Shown: positions 49,901 through 63,109 of the stretch, piece after piece
How positions within the stretch are numbered: position 1 is the stretch's first letter
Layout: each line of letters begins with the position of its first letter
NCBI GenBank assembly: GCA_964035545.1
Contig: OZ037768.1
Location: forward strand, 23,283,319-23,347,318
DNA length: 64,000 bases
Source: Bugula neritina
Taxonomy: Eukaryota > Animalia > Bryozoa
Reading direction: 5' to 3'
Translations under genes and position numbers: made by a program
The notes under the pieces: generated by a model
Database searches by the model: none
Told to the model about the DNA's origin: nothing
What the model saw: only the letters and a program-made list of their open reading frames with translations

Positions 49901-51897
49901 ATTGGAGAGAACAACTCCTTACTTTAGTAAATATGCATTAAAAATTGGAAAACATTAATTCGCTGTGAAGGAATAATAAGAAAATAGGTAAAGAAACAGT
50001 ATTGTCACCTAAAGCCTAGAGACTATATATGCAATAAAATAACTTTATATAATTGAAGATATAAAATATAATTTTACATTTGCTTGAGCATCATGCTGAA
50101 AAAAAACTTTCAAAATAAATAATCTCAAACATCACAGATTACAAGATTAAGATGACGAGAGTATATCACAGTAGAGCACACAACTCCTAATATGATAGAA
50201 TATTACCTGACAGTGAGGCTCGATATCCTTGATTTCATTCCCTTCAATCATCTTTACGTCAGGAACATTGTTGACTTTAGCCCTGCTGAGCAGATCATCT
50301 AGACGGGGCAGTTCCTCTCTCTCTGTAGCCACAATCAGCTAGTGACAAGCATTTCATATGTTACTAGATATGTACTAGATATCCCTAGTCACATGACAGT
50401 CACATGACATACCTAGCTCTAGTCACATGATATTGCTAGTCACATGATATACCTAACCCTGGTGACATAAAAGTCACATGATGACTCAAGTCACATGACA
50501 TACTTAGCCCTAGTCACATGATATACCTGGTTTACAGAGAACTAGGCAATACTTGCTAACAATCAACAATGTAATATGGGAATTCAAAATATTAATAATA
50601 CATTATGAACAATTAGGAAAGTTATGTACACATCAAGACTTACACTTCAATATTCCAGAGTTCAACTAAATCAGAGGTATTAAACAGGATGTGGATTTAT
50701 CTCACCTTGCCACACCTCTCGTGAGGTATTTTGTGCCGTTCACAGAACTTGTACATCTTATGAAGACCGGTGACACAGAGTTTAGCCATGAGTGAGTCGG
50801 GCTTATAGTAGATGCCGGCATGAATCACTCCGCTACTCCTCCCACTTTGATGCTGAGCTATTGTCACATGACATACAGCAGTAATATACAGTGGTAATAT
50901 TCAGTAGTAATATAGTAATATACAGTAGTAATACACAGTAGTAATATACAGTAGTAATATACAGTAGTAATACACAGTAGTAATACACAGTAGTATTATA
51001 CAGTAGTAATATACAGTAGTTAACACGATATATTCACACAATATATAGAAACATTTTCAGTGTGATTATTTGGAAATTTTAAAGTTTCCAAAAACTAAAA
51101 AAATGTTCAGATTTCAAAAATATAATCAGAAATTAAAATCAAAACAGAAGCTGGTTTAGTCAGAATTACTATTGTCTCTTCTTTACTGCTCCGGTAAAAG
51201 GTGAAGTTGAAAAACTTTGCTACTTTACTTGCATAAACTATTTTAAAAACATAAAAATATGAAACCATCATGAGCTGTGAATAGAGATAACTATAAGAGT
51301 TGAACACAGTGTATATCATAGTTAACTGACATTTACCAGGTTTTAATATGAGATTACAGAGTGTTCATTTAGATTGTGAGAAACTGTCCAGAACTGACCA
51401 AAACTGCTTTCTTTTTCCAAGATAGCACATTTGAGAGTTGGGTACCTGGTCTGAACCTCCCTTACAACAGCGGGGCCCACTATACCCCCACCAACAACAG
51501 CTACGTCATAGCAATGTCTGCAAGTAGTTAGAACAGCTAATCACCTTTCAAAGTTCTCATACAAATTATTTACCTTTGTACTTATCTATTAAAAAAGAAC
51601 CGTGCAACAGGTGCTGACTAAATTAAAATGTCAGGCTTGGCTAAATATAGCATTTATCTTTAAAAAAACAAGCTACTACACTAAAAATACTCAACAGAAA
51701 ATCTAATGTCCTTCTGAACAATTTAAATCATAGAAAAAAAAGTAGAATTTTGTTCAACAACTTTATTGATTCACTTACTTGTCAGTATTCCAGTTGCTGC
51801 TGCAGCTAAGAGGACGGACAACTCCAACATCTATTAGCCTTCTGCCAGTTGCAGATTTGCTATGGCTATAGATTATTGGGTTGGCCACTTTCCACAT
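46977..51897 (-). CDS. L2HGDH: L-2-hydroxyglutarate dehydrogenase, mitochondrial
   Basis: Exons at approx. 51897-51779, 51517-51398, 50857-50706, 50338-50207, 49544-49365, 48736-48569, 47998-47821, 47439-47308 and 47172-46977. Motifs: [128 protein letters not shown]. The N-terminus resembles a transit peptide. Confidence 0.95.
47440..47815 (-). repeat. 28-bp repeat multiplying an L2HGDH acceptor and filling the intron 47440-47820
   Basis: Minus-strand unit TAGTGTCATGTATAGCCTGTGTTTCTAG, about 14 copies; the last copy gives the functional AG at 47440. Confidence 0.95.
50873..51021. repeat. 13-bp minisatellite near an L2HGDH acceptor
   Basis: (CAGTAGTAATAYA)n, about 11 copies. Confidence 0.9.
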
Positions 51898-54330
51898 TTT
51901 CCAGCTATTCACTTTTTATTTTTACATGAAACAAACTAGGACACAGTATATCAGCTTCCTAAGATGAAGGTCTGCAGTAGAATTTCTTTCTACAGACACT
52001 TTCAAATTGATAACATAAATTTAAAAAACCTTTTCTATTTACTATTTCAAATTGCTAAAGTAACATAAATTTATATTTTCAGCGTCTATGTTTCCTTACT
52101 TTTGAATTTTTGTTTCCATTCGATCAATTTATTTGAAGAAAATCACTTAAACTAACATTGTACACAGACGATGAGTATCAAAGACTACAGTGATATTTTG
52201 TTAAAACAATTATTAAAATAACAATTAAAGTAGTTGGGTTTATTTTCAGTATATCTCAATATAGTATCAACATGACTAAAAAAACAACGCCAACAATTAA
52301 GGATAGGTCTAAGGGTCAAGGAAATTCAAAATCAGTACAAATTAGTACAAACCACAATAAAAATTCCCCTATTTTTCTACCATAGACAACCAGCGATGTG
52401 AATATTGGATTAAAAGAAGTGCGGTCCCATACTGTATAATTATTACAGACCAGTCGAGCCTGCCTTAAATCCACAGTTAATTATTTTCAAATATTATTAT
52501 TTACAACAATTGATGCATATATCAATAGGTAGCTAACTAACTTATGATTCGAATATAGCAAACCCCTTCTAACCAACAGGGTGGTTTAGTATGGAGAAAA
52601 AATCAACATGCATCATCAGGTAATAATCAATAATATTAAAATATTAACATAAAACAGTTATCAATTAACCATATTAATTAATTTAGTATTTTAGTACAAC
52701 TCAAGTTACTTTTATTAGACACTTCATCATTATGATTATCTAATTAAAATTTAACTAAATATCAGTATTAAATTTATTAGGTTAAGATAAAATCTGAAGT
52801 TTCGTATAATTATAAGTCTCTAATGGTCATAGTGTTTACAATAATCATTTACTACAATTATAATAATTATTATACCCATTGGCATATTTAAATTAAACTT
52901 ATTAAATTAAGTATTAAATTATTAATTAAATTTAATAACAATATTATTATTATTATTGGGAAATTAATCGTTACATTCACAATTATAATTAATATAAATA
53001 TAATAATTATTTTTCATGTTAAAATTTAATGAGTTATACTTGTAGAAAAATTATTAATCATAATGACCAAGTGATAATCATAAGCATAATGATAGTTAGT
53101 GTAAACGAAATGAGTTAAAATACTACACCAAGTCAATTACAGTTGCAAATTTCAAGGCACCTGCGGAAACGAGTAAAAAGCGTCTAAACGGGCTCTCTGT
53201 AGCTTTGCTAATTGCAACCCTCTTTTATTAATAAAATTTATATATTATACCCGACTTTAATTCTAAACTTTCACTAGGGAAGCTTGAAGTTTATTCGTGT
53301 GTTAATAGTTAGAGAACAACTCCGAAATACAAAAGTCAGCTATTGCTAACAAATAAGCCAACGATTTAGCTTTTATGTTTTTATGAACGTTGAAAATAGC
53401 AAAACCAGGCTTTATTGGCAGGCTAAGGATAGTCAGAACTATCACTATATTTGACTAAATCAAATTTTTATAACCTGACATATTCAATAACATTTATGAA
53501 ATTTATAGATATACACATATTATCATATGCTACAGACACATATAACCTATAATGTTGATATAGTGTCATTATTTCATATGTTGTTATCAGATGCTGCTGT
53601 AATATTATTATTCTCAATTACCATATATAATTGTATATATTTGTGTAGTCTTTTAATTGTTGCGATATCAGACAATGGGGAAGACATTATACCTACACAT
53701 TATACATAATATAATTAACTCTGCGTAGTTTGATTTGCTCTGCCTCAGCATTTTGATGCTTTTATCTTTTCTTCTGTAAATTATAGAATCTGTGTTCAAT
53801 TTTTTAAAGTATACGTCTTTAATCTTTGAATCAATTTTCTACGTTATAACTTGGCTTTTGATTGGATTTCTTCACTTCAAGTCTGATTTGTCAAGTCCTC
53901 TACTTGACTCTTACTCTGAGAGTTTTATTCAATCAAGTTTGTAAAAGTGAGTTTCTCATTCTGTAACATTTTAATTACCCACAAAATATTACATTTTAGT
54001 ATTTAAGTTCTATTTGTTCTCACAATAGACATATACAGCTGTTATACTAATTCTCTATAATATTGAATTATGCTACCAATTCAGAGTATATAAACATTCC
54101 AATATAATATAGCAATACAATAGTCAATGAGAATTAAGTTCTATTCAATGATTCTCTTTTTTGTTTTATTTTAGTCATGAATTTTCTTAAATAACTCCTA
54201 TTTAGAGGATCCGTGGGAATTCCGGTGGTGGTGACCCTGAGCTGTCCAATAGAAAGCTGATATTTGGGATTCCCAATTGAAACAGGTTGCTAGAACTAAT
54301 GAACTTCCAGCAGTACTGTTTGTTAGTATT

Positions 54331-54378
<48 letters not shown>

Positions 54379-54385
54379 TATATAC

Positions 54386-54418
<33 letters not shown>

Positions 54419-55673
54419 TATATATATAATATATATATATATAATATATATATAACACATTTGATTGGTGCTATGCTACATAAACTATTTAGAAGTACAT
54501 ATAGGTTGCATGAATACAGCACGAGCTACATATTTACCACAGCATACTTTATTTTGCACAACATCAGATTATAACAATTGATATTATCTATTAACAACTT
54601 AAAAAATACAGCTGCAATTTATACAAAAGGAGAAAAAGTTTTTAATTTTTTCACATTTGCATAAGATATTTCAGCAAAATTCTTTAAACTAACTTTGTCT
54701 CTGCTATGCTGTGTACCTCATGCCACAACACCTAAAGTAAACATCATGCATCTTTACAAAAATCACAGTGCCTATTATATATGATTTGCAAAATATCCGA
54801 GCCAATTCTTATATCAAATTGAATCTTCAGCAATTTAATTTGACTTCTATAATTAAGTGATTATATTATGTTAATATTAACTATTATTGTAGTCCAATTA
54901 TTCTAATTTTATTGTAAATATATGTTATACTGCATACAAGTTATAATATACTTATACCGGTTGTTACAGTGTTATCTACTTGCTAATCTAGAATAATAGC
55001 AATATAGGAAACAACACCAACTAATATCTACTATAGCTTACAAAAAATACTATATATAGCAGTGCGATTATAACTAGTACTAGGTATAAGATGTAACACT
55101 GTTAGTGCGTCACTAAGAGTTGTGGTGCAGTAATTATATAGTGATATATTCAATTTTGTAGCTCAAACTCTATATAAGTTGAAGTAATGCAGGCCAGTGT
55201 TGACTCAGTTTACACTGCAGCCGTCAGTATTTTTGAAAGTCATTCAAAATACAGATGTCGACACTAGAAAATAATTACTATATAAAGCAGCTAACAACTG
55301 CAAATGCAAAATTTTTACCTTTTGTATTTTGTTAACAAGTATATCAAGATAATATGACTATAGAAAATTATATACTGGCAACGAAATAGTGCACTATAAA
55401 ATAACAAAAAACATATGCAAAATAATTTATATGTTTTGATCAAAGTTTTCACTTGCTAATTCTATTCTTATAGAGTTGCTGTTCAACTTTTTTTATTTTG
55501 TAAAACATATATATATAGCATAGTTGTATTGCATATTGCAAACTGAGAAGAGAGAGTTAACATTGTTATTTACAATAAACAGATGAAATAGCTAGTACTA
55601 TGTTATATATGATAAAAGCTCAGTTATTATAGTTGGTCTATAATGAAAATAAGGACCACGCCCAGAACTTTAA

Positions 55674-55992
55674 AGCTGATAAACCCCAACTATATTGATG
55701 CGGCTCAATGAAAACTTTTATTTGTTTGTGAAAATTATATTACTCTATTTGCTATGGCTATTTAAAGTGAAGACAAAAGCTAACCGTTAATTTTGTAAAG
55801 TCAAACAGTTTGGTTTTTGTTTCGAAAGCAAAAAATCTCAGCAGAAAATGTATTCATTCCTCCAGTTTGATGAAAATACAGAACAATCTTTAGCATAGTT
55901 CAATTCAATTGATCAACTGCAAGTAAGTTGCTGGTTAAATTATGATTAAATAATGCAGTAGGGAAGGAATTGTTGATGAATACTTATCGGCT
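55674..55992. mobile_element. Possible Kolobok-like (TTAA-flanked) MITE
   Basis: TTAA|AGCTGATAA ... TTATCGGCT|TTAA: a short imperfect terminal inverted repeat inside a TTAA duplication. Confidence 0.35.
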
Positions 55993-56344
55993 TTAAGGTT
56001 CATAACAAGCTATGTACCAGCATTGATTTTACCATAACCTATCCTCTAAAATATATGTTTTATAACAACAATAATATAATATATAATGATATGTATTAAT
56101 TGTTGTTCATGAGTTGACTTTGGTAAATAATAAATTTTATAAGTGAAGTAAACACTAGACTATATCAAATTTGTATAATTCATCGAGCATTAAGATTAAA
56201 TATCATCATCCATATGTTCGTAAAACTGAATTAATACATACTTACCAGTTTTATTCATGTTTTTTACTATTTAATGTTCATGCAAAATTAAGAGATAAAA
56301 GTTACAAATCTCATGACACGTGAACAAAACATACGTAGAATTAT

Positions 56345-56379
<35 letters not shown>

Positions 56380-57047
56380 TGTGCGTGTGCGTGTGTGTGT
56401 GTGTGTCTATAGGCATATGAGGAAGAGAAGACTTCAGTGGTATGGTCATGTGCAGAGGAGAGATAACTTACAAACCATGATTGAGCAGATACAATAATTT
56501 TCAATTATGCATGTCAACCTGTCACAGCAGTCATCTTATTGAAAGTTTTAAGGAGACAGGCAAACCTCAGCGTCAACGGAGCCACATTATTTCAGTGAGC
56601 TGGTGGAGTATTTTAAAGGTATAACTTGTGAAATACAGAAGTAAGAGTTGAACATAAAAAAGAAAAAAAAACCTCATCTATAATTGTCTACTGCTTCAAG
56701 AATAGCACATTTTCCGAAAACTTTGACTTTCTGAGAATTAAATTATAATTTACTACTATTATATATCAGATTACATTCACTTGATTATAAGTTGTTTACC
56801 ACGCATAGCCCACTCAAATTGTTAACTCTACTATATTCATTACCAGCATATTTTTCTCTGTAAATATATTAGTCATTGCAAGTACAGTATCTACTCTGGA
56901 AAAACGCAAAACACTATGCATGTATTCTTTGACCTGACAGATTTTTAGCTGAGGGTTATTATAATTTAGTTTGGACTGGCTGAGCCGCCCTCAAACTGAT
57001 ATGAACTGAGAGAAAATCACAGACTATGATGTAGGTGCAGCAATCTG

Positions 57048-57118
57048 TATAAAAGAGACTGACTTCAAGTTTTCCATCATTCCCTTCTACAGGATCACAT
57101 TGCACGCTTCTTCTGCAG
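57048..57118 (+). promoter_or_regulatory. TATA box, Inr and non-coding first exon of the secreted peptide gene
   Basis: TATAAAAG at 57048, TCATTC with its A at 57079 (31 nt spacing), donor CAG|GTAAGA at 57118, acceptor TTTGACAG at 57367. Confidence 0.7.
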
Positions 57119-57399
57119 GTAAGATTTATACATACTGAAATAAATTATTATGCTTTTTATTCCAATATTTTACATGCAAATTTATGCTTAAATACGTATA
57201 TTTATTATATATAATGTATATACTATGTTATATTTTTTTTAAATATTTTTTCTATAAAACAATTTTGCAAGTTTACAAATTTTTCTCTACGTATAATTTT
57301 ATATGTCAAGCTACTTTATTTTGAAATGGTATTTTGTAATGTTTAGTGAAATGCTTTTGTTTGACAGTTGGTGTTGGAAAGACTCGATATACAGAAATC

Positions 57400-58150
57400 A
57401 TGAAGTCCATCGTTCTAGTTTCGTTGATGTTGATTGTGGTGGTTACATGCTTTCTTTCCTCAGCTAGTGCTGCTTCTGGTAAGAACTGATGCCTATATCC
57501 AGATATTTTTATATAAACAAACCACTGACAGCTATTCAGCTGTTATTATTATTATTATTATTATTCATATTTGATGAGATGAGAGTTATGTATATTAGAA
57601 AATATATTTGACTAAATATGAAGGTAAAAAGGTGCTGGACTTGACATATGAAAAGTTAGATGATGGCTGCATTAGACATTTTCATCTTCTAAATTGTAAA
57701 ATAAATACTTTCAATATGTATTTATATAACTCTTTTTCAAATTTATTTATTTATTTATATGCCATTTATGACAAATAATATTTCAATAGCTATTGATTAG
57801 CATGTAGTCTAACCCTGCAAACTACACTTGTTCAGCATCATGCGTATTCAATAATTTCTATTCATTATTATGTAGATATATTCATGAACTCATAGATAGC
57901 AAGGAAAAAGTTTTTGGAAAATATTTTCTGTCTTCTGTTAATGCAGTTGTTATTTGATCAATAATGCTACAACATAATATCTCTAACTTAAGCTTCAGGA
58001 AATGGTAATGGCAATGGGAATGACAACGTCGGGGCAATCAATGGATACAGCAAACCAAAGGGAAAGGGGAAATTAGTGTGGAATAAGAATGGCTACTATG
58101 TTGGAGATTGTAGTTTGATAGCGGATGCCCCTTGTATACAACAGGATTGA
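57400..58150 (+). CDS. Small secreted Gly/Asn-rich peptide (76 aa as read; Asn/Gly tail continues in +1 frame to 58211)
   Basis: Exons 57400-57478 (signal peptide MKSIVLVSLMLIVVVTCFLSSASA, donor GTAAGA) and 57999-58150 (GNGNGNGNDNVGAINGYSKPKGKGKLVWNKNGYYVGDC...). AATAAA at 58801. Absent from the ORF track. Confidence 0.75.
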
Positions 58151-58255
58151 CAACGGAAATAGCAACTATAGCGGTTACAATGGCAACAATAATGGAAACG
58201 GTAATGTCTAATTCCCCAAAGGAAAATACTAGGTTTATAAAACATTATCTTATTC

Positions 58256-58722
58256 TGACTGCAGGCTGACTACAGGCTGACTACAGGCTGACTACAGGCT
58301 GACTACAGGCTGACTACAGGCTGACTACAGGCTGACTACAGGCTGACTACAGTCTGACTACAGGCTGACTACAGGCTGACTACAGGCTGACTACAGGCTG
58401 ACTACAGGCTGACTACAGGCTGACTACAGGCTGACTACAGTCTGACTACAGGCTGATTACAGTCTGACTACAGGCTGACTACAGGCTGACTACAGGCTGA
58501 CTACAGGCTGACTACAGGCTGACTACAGGCTGACTACAGGCTGACTACAGGCTGACTACAGGCTGACTACATGCTGACTACAGGCTGACTACAGGCTGAT
58601 TACAGTCTGACTACAGGCTGACTACAGGCTGACTACAGGCTGACTACAGGCTGACTACAGGCTGACTACAGGCTGATTACAGTCTGACTACAGGCTGATT
58701 ACAGTCTGACTACAGGCTGACT
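58256..58722. repeat. 11-bp minisatellite in the probable 3' UTR
   Basis: (CTGACTACAGG)n, about 42 copies. Confidence 0.97.
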
Positions 58723-59798
58723 TTATGCTGAATGCAGTTGTTGAAGTATTTTGACTGACTCCCAATTCATGTTTTCTGTTAAACTTTACTTTTGTTATCA
58801 AATAAATTATATTGGAGTTAATATTTTGCTGGTATTATTTGCATACATCTGGAATCATCTTAATTCTATAAGAGTTGATATAAATTGAGCTGTATACATA
58901 ACAAATTCAGCAACATGAGAGAGATTTTCTGTCCCTTATTATATATTAATTTTATATTTCATTATATTATATGTATGTTATATACTGTCTTGACTGGTAA
59001 AGGTACTGGTCTAATAACACACATGTTATGGTATGTTGGCTGATTAAACCCAGCAGAGATATTATAGTCTGAGAGAATATCTCATCATGATTGCCTTAGT
59101 TCCAAAGTAGAACCCTAAGGCTTGGTTGACAGACCGGTTTGGTTTAATTCAACCATATTCAGTATTCTTATTATATAAATGCAACTAGACTTAACTTTTA
59201 TCTTGTAACTTAGACTGTACCATATGAATAGTGTTTAATGAGTAACAAATGTGATATAATATATTTCAAATCTTCATCACAGAGAAAAGATAATTTCAAG
59301 CATAACTTGCAACAAAACAAAAACAGCACTAAACACTGTATATAATATGTTGAAGAATTTCATACACTAAATATTACACTGTACATCACATGGCAACATA
59401 TACTAATCAGTGAATTATAGCTACTATATAATTGTAAGATATAATAATATAGGTGTAGCATTTTCATAACTTAAAGTACAAAACATTAAATAAAATGTAT
59501 AACATAGAGTGAGCACCCTATGCATACGTTAAAGTTGATAATCTATTAAATACCCAGACTTTAACACAAACCAAAGATAATATCGTAAAGTGTGATTAAT
59601 TATCACTTTAAAATAATTTCAAGACAAACAAGTGGCAAAAAATCATTTTCATAATGAGGAAGAAAGCAGTCATTAAAATGCTGGTGTACTGAAGTAAAAT
59701 AGAGAACCTGTTGTAAGTGTTTGTTGAACATTAGAAGAGAGTTTACTCAGTATATTGTACGATGAGTTTCATTTTGTTAAACTATTTTAAATGCCCAT

Positions 59799-61252
59799 TT
59801 AATTCAGCTGGTAGAACAGCACTTTATTATCATCATAAGAAGATATGGGTATGATTAAGGTTTCTCCAGACACTGCTAGATTATTCACACTTCTGTAAGA
59901 AAATCTCTTCTCATCATCTGATATTTCAGACAAGAGTTTACCTACAACAGGATGTGATGTAATCAGATATATCGTACACATGGAAGACAGTGTAATAGCA
60001 TAGCTAATGTATCATTGTACACAATCTGTAATAAACATACACATTATAATAGTCCATATGGTGTATATTTTGCATTCAAGTGCACACAGAGGGTCCTGCA
60101 CAGGGAAAGTGTAGCATTCACAGAAAAGAGCAAAAATGTAGTAAATTTGATCTGAGTGCACATCAGTTTGACTTCCTGATTAGCATTTATTACCAACACT
60201 CTCAGTTTGATTACATTATGCTATGGTATGCTATATATATATGCATCTTTCAAAATTTGTTTACAACTCCCACATGCAATTTTATTAAATATATATTATA
60301 TGGACTATACAAGCTTGTATCAGTCATGTAACTTTTTTGCATCTGAAGACACACAACAACTTAAAAATGCCGAAAGCAATTAATCATATACTTAAAACAT
60401 GGTGATAAACCATCACATGACGAGATATCCATATATATGAACAATGTGATAAACTATATGAAATAATAACACACTTGTGCTCAGCAAACTATTGACTAAC
60501 CTGTCTTCACATCCAGTATGCTGAAAGTACTTCCATTTTTCTGGTTAGCCACAAGAATATATTTACTTCTATAGCAGGTCACACCTTGTGGTTTAGACAC
60601 ATCCTTGCATGTCCAGATGACTTTCTCTGTTGTCAGGTCTAACTTAAATACTTGAGAGGAATCAGAATGAGAAACTACTACACAATGTCTGTCTGCTGCA
60701 CATATAGATATTTCAGAGCTTTCAAGTAGAGAACAGGGAATATGCTTAACTACCTTCCCAACTAGAGAGTAAATTGTGATCATTCTTTTATCAGGGATGA
60801 CAACCTGATTATCCATGATCGCAAATTGATTTTTTGACGCACTTTTATAAGTCCAGCTGGTTAGCTGATTACCATACAGGGTATATACTTTTATTTCACG
60901 GTCATAGTATGATTTGGAGCTGGTTAAAGCATAGAGTTTATCTTTATACACTGCTACTCCCCTCACACTAAATTCACTAGTAAATAACTCAGTAACATTA
61001 AATTTCTTGTCTATTCTAGATATTCCGCCACTACTTTGAACCCACCTACTATCTTCATAGTGAAACCCAACGTAAGTGTTTCCCTTATAACTACACACAG
61101 AACTGCAACTGTTAGAAACATCAACAGACTTTGGGAGTTTGAGAGATTTAGGAACAGGATATCCAATGACTCCATGAACTGAGCTCAGAGAGATGTTTGC
61201 TACTGAAACTATTTCCACTTCTGCCTCTCTCTTTTCTTCTGCAAGTAGAAAT

Positions 61253-61311
<59 letters not shown>

Positions 61312-63012
61312 TATAGAAAAAAAAATATATATCTTCTTTTTTGTAAAGAAAAGTAGACACTACAAATGTTTAGACACCTCTTCCCTGGACAGTTGAAAAG
61401 CTTACAGAAGTACAATTTGTGGTTACAATTCGCATATGTAGCCATGCTTAAATACTCACTTTTGACATCTAGAGATATAACACCACAGATTTCTAATTCA
61501 GGCACATCAACAGACTTTAGTCTCTGTATCCCATCTTTAATCTCTTCATATCCTTCAACCAGGTCCACCTGTAAGATATAATGTAAAAATGAATGGGACA
61601 GAAGATACTAAAGCTAGCTGACTTTACTGAGAACCTACTGAGATAAACTTTAGCAACAAGTCATTGATAGCAATGATTAACAAAGTTAAAAATGTATAAA
61701 CAAGTTTTCGATGTTCTGACAAACAACAAATTATCAAGCAGCAAAATCAGTTTGCCAGAGAAAATAGAACAAAATCTTTACCTGCAAACAACACATTTTA
61801 TTTTACTGTTACTGTTTCAGGCTATTGTGAAACAGCTACGCAGAATGAAGACAGCTAGGGTATTATAGGTCAGTGTTGCAACAAGCTATCTTATTAACAA
61901 AATTTTCAAATCTGAGAAACACTAAATTGAATTAGCAAACGGCTACCAATTATTAGAGTTATTAGACCAACTGGCAATAGTCAGAGATATATAAAACAGC
62001 TATCGCCCTAAACCATACGATGTCTTAATTCCTTAACACTCCTGCAGTTCTTAATTCACACTGCCACACAAAAATAACAAAGCAGCAAACTTCTTAAAAG
62101 ATACCCTGGAAGTCAATATATAATACAACATACTTAAAAGCATTCCAAAGTAGGCAAATTATACTTCTTCAAAACTCTAAAGAAAGTGATCTGGCAAACT
62201 TTACCAAATCAATGCCTTATTGAATGGCACCATACACTAAAACACATTGAACTGCTAAGATAATTCAAAGTTTAAAACCGCAGCAGCACATACAGATTCA
62301 AAGCTATCTTTTACTTACTTCTGATGAGATTGACAACATTTTCCACTGCCGAGAAAACAACAGAATTAAGCATATTGAACCAAATTCATGCTTCAGGTTT
62401 TTATAAGAATTGGTATCCATCTATATAATCAAAAACTTGTGATAATTACAAGTTATTCTACTAGAAACTTAAAACTTTGACAAGTATAAATTCAAAATCT
62501 GCATGACGTTATACCTGGTTATCATGTCTAAGTTGAGCTTCTATCTTCCTTCTACTGCTACTCAGTTCAGTCCAAACAGTTCCAACTTCTCTCTCCATGT
62601 GTCTGTTGAGTTCTTCACTGACTTTCTTTCTGTTAGCTAAGAATTCTTCCTCAAGCTGGTCATACTTGACTTTTATAGCAGCCAACTAAACCAGAAGTTT
62701 ACATAATATATAGCAAGTGGCCAACCGATGATTAAAAGTAGGTAAAAGTTTACGAAACTTGACGTTAGAAATAATTTCTCTAGTTACTTGTATTACCTAT
62801 TATTAACCTATTATTAACCTAGTATTAACCTAGTATTAACCTGCTATTATCATTTTACACAAAATTCCAGCTAGTTAAGCCAACAAGGTTATTGCTCAAC
62901 TTAACATAGGTGTAATACAAGTCAAATCTATTTCTCGTTTTAGGTAACCAGAAATGAAGCAAAGACTTTTTAAAAGTATATATATATATATACATATATA
63001 TACATATATATA

Positions 63013-63073
<61 letters not shown>

Positions 63074-63109
63074 GCAAACAGTCACCTGTTGATCACGTTG
63101 AGTGTGAAG
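59799..63109 (-). CDS. TRIM/NHL-like protein: coiled coil plus beta-propeller; 5' part missing or interrupted
   Basis: Phase-consistent exons 63109-63086 (LHTQRDQQ), 62685-62515 (coiled coil: LAAIKVKYDQLEEEFLANRKKVSEELNRHME), 61568-61460, 61238-60501 and 59941-59799. Propeller-like blades VRGVAVYKDKLYAL, ICAADRHCVVVS and KPQGVTCY...ILVAN. No RING or B-box is visible in the window. Confidence 0.7.

Noticed and set aside
54200-54325. GC-richer island that could be an exon on either strand
   Set aside because: Short, with several open frames, no recognisable motif and no partner exons identified.
54335-63072. (TA)n and (CA)n tracts at about 54335, 56348, 61255 and 62978, with YIYI ORFs
   Set aside because: Ordinary dinucleotide microsatellites.
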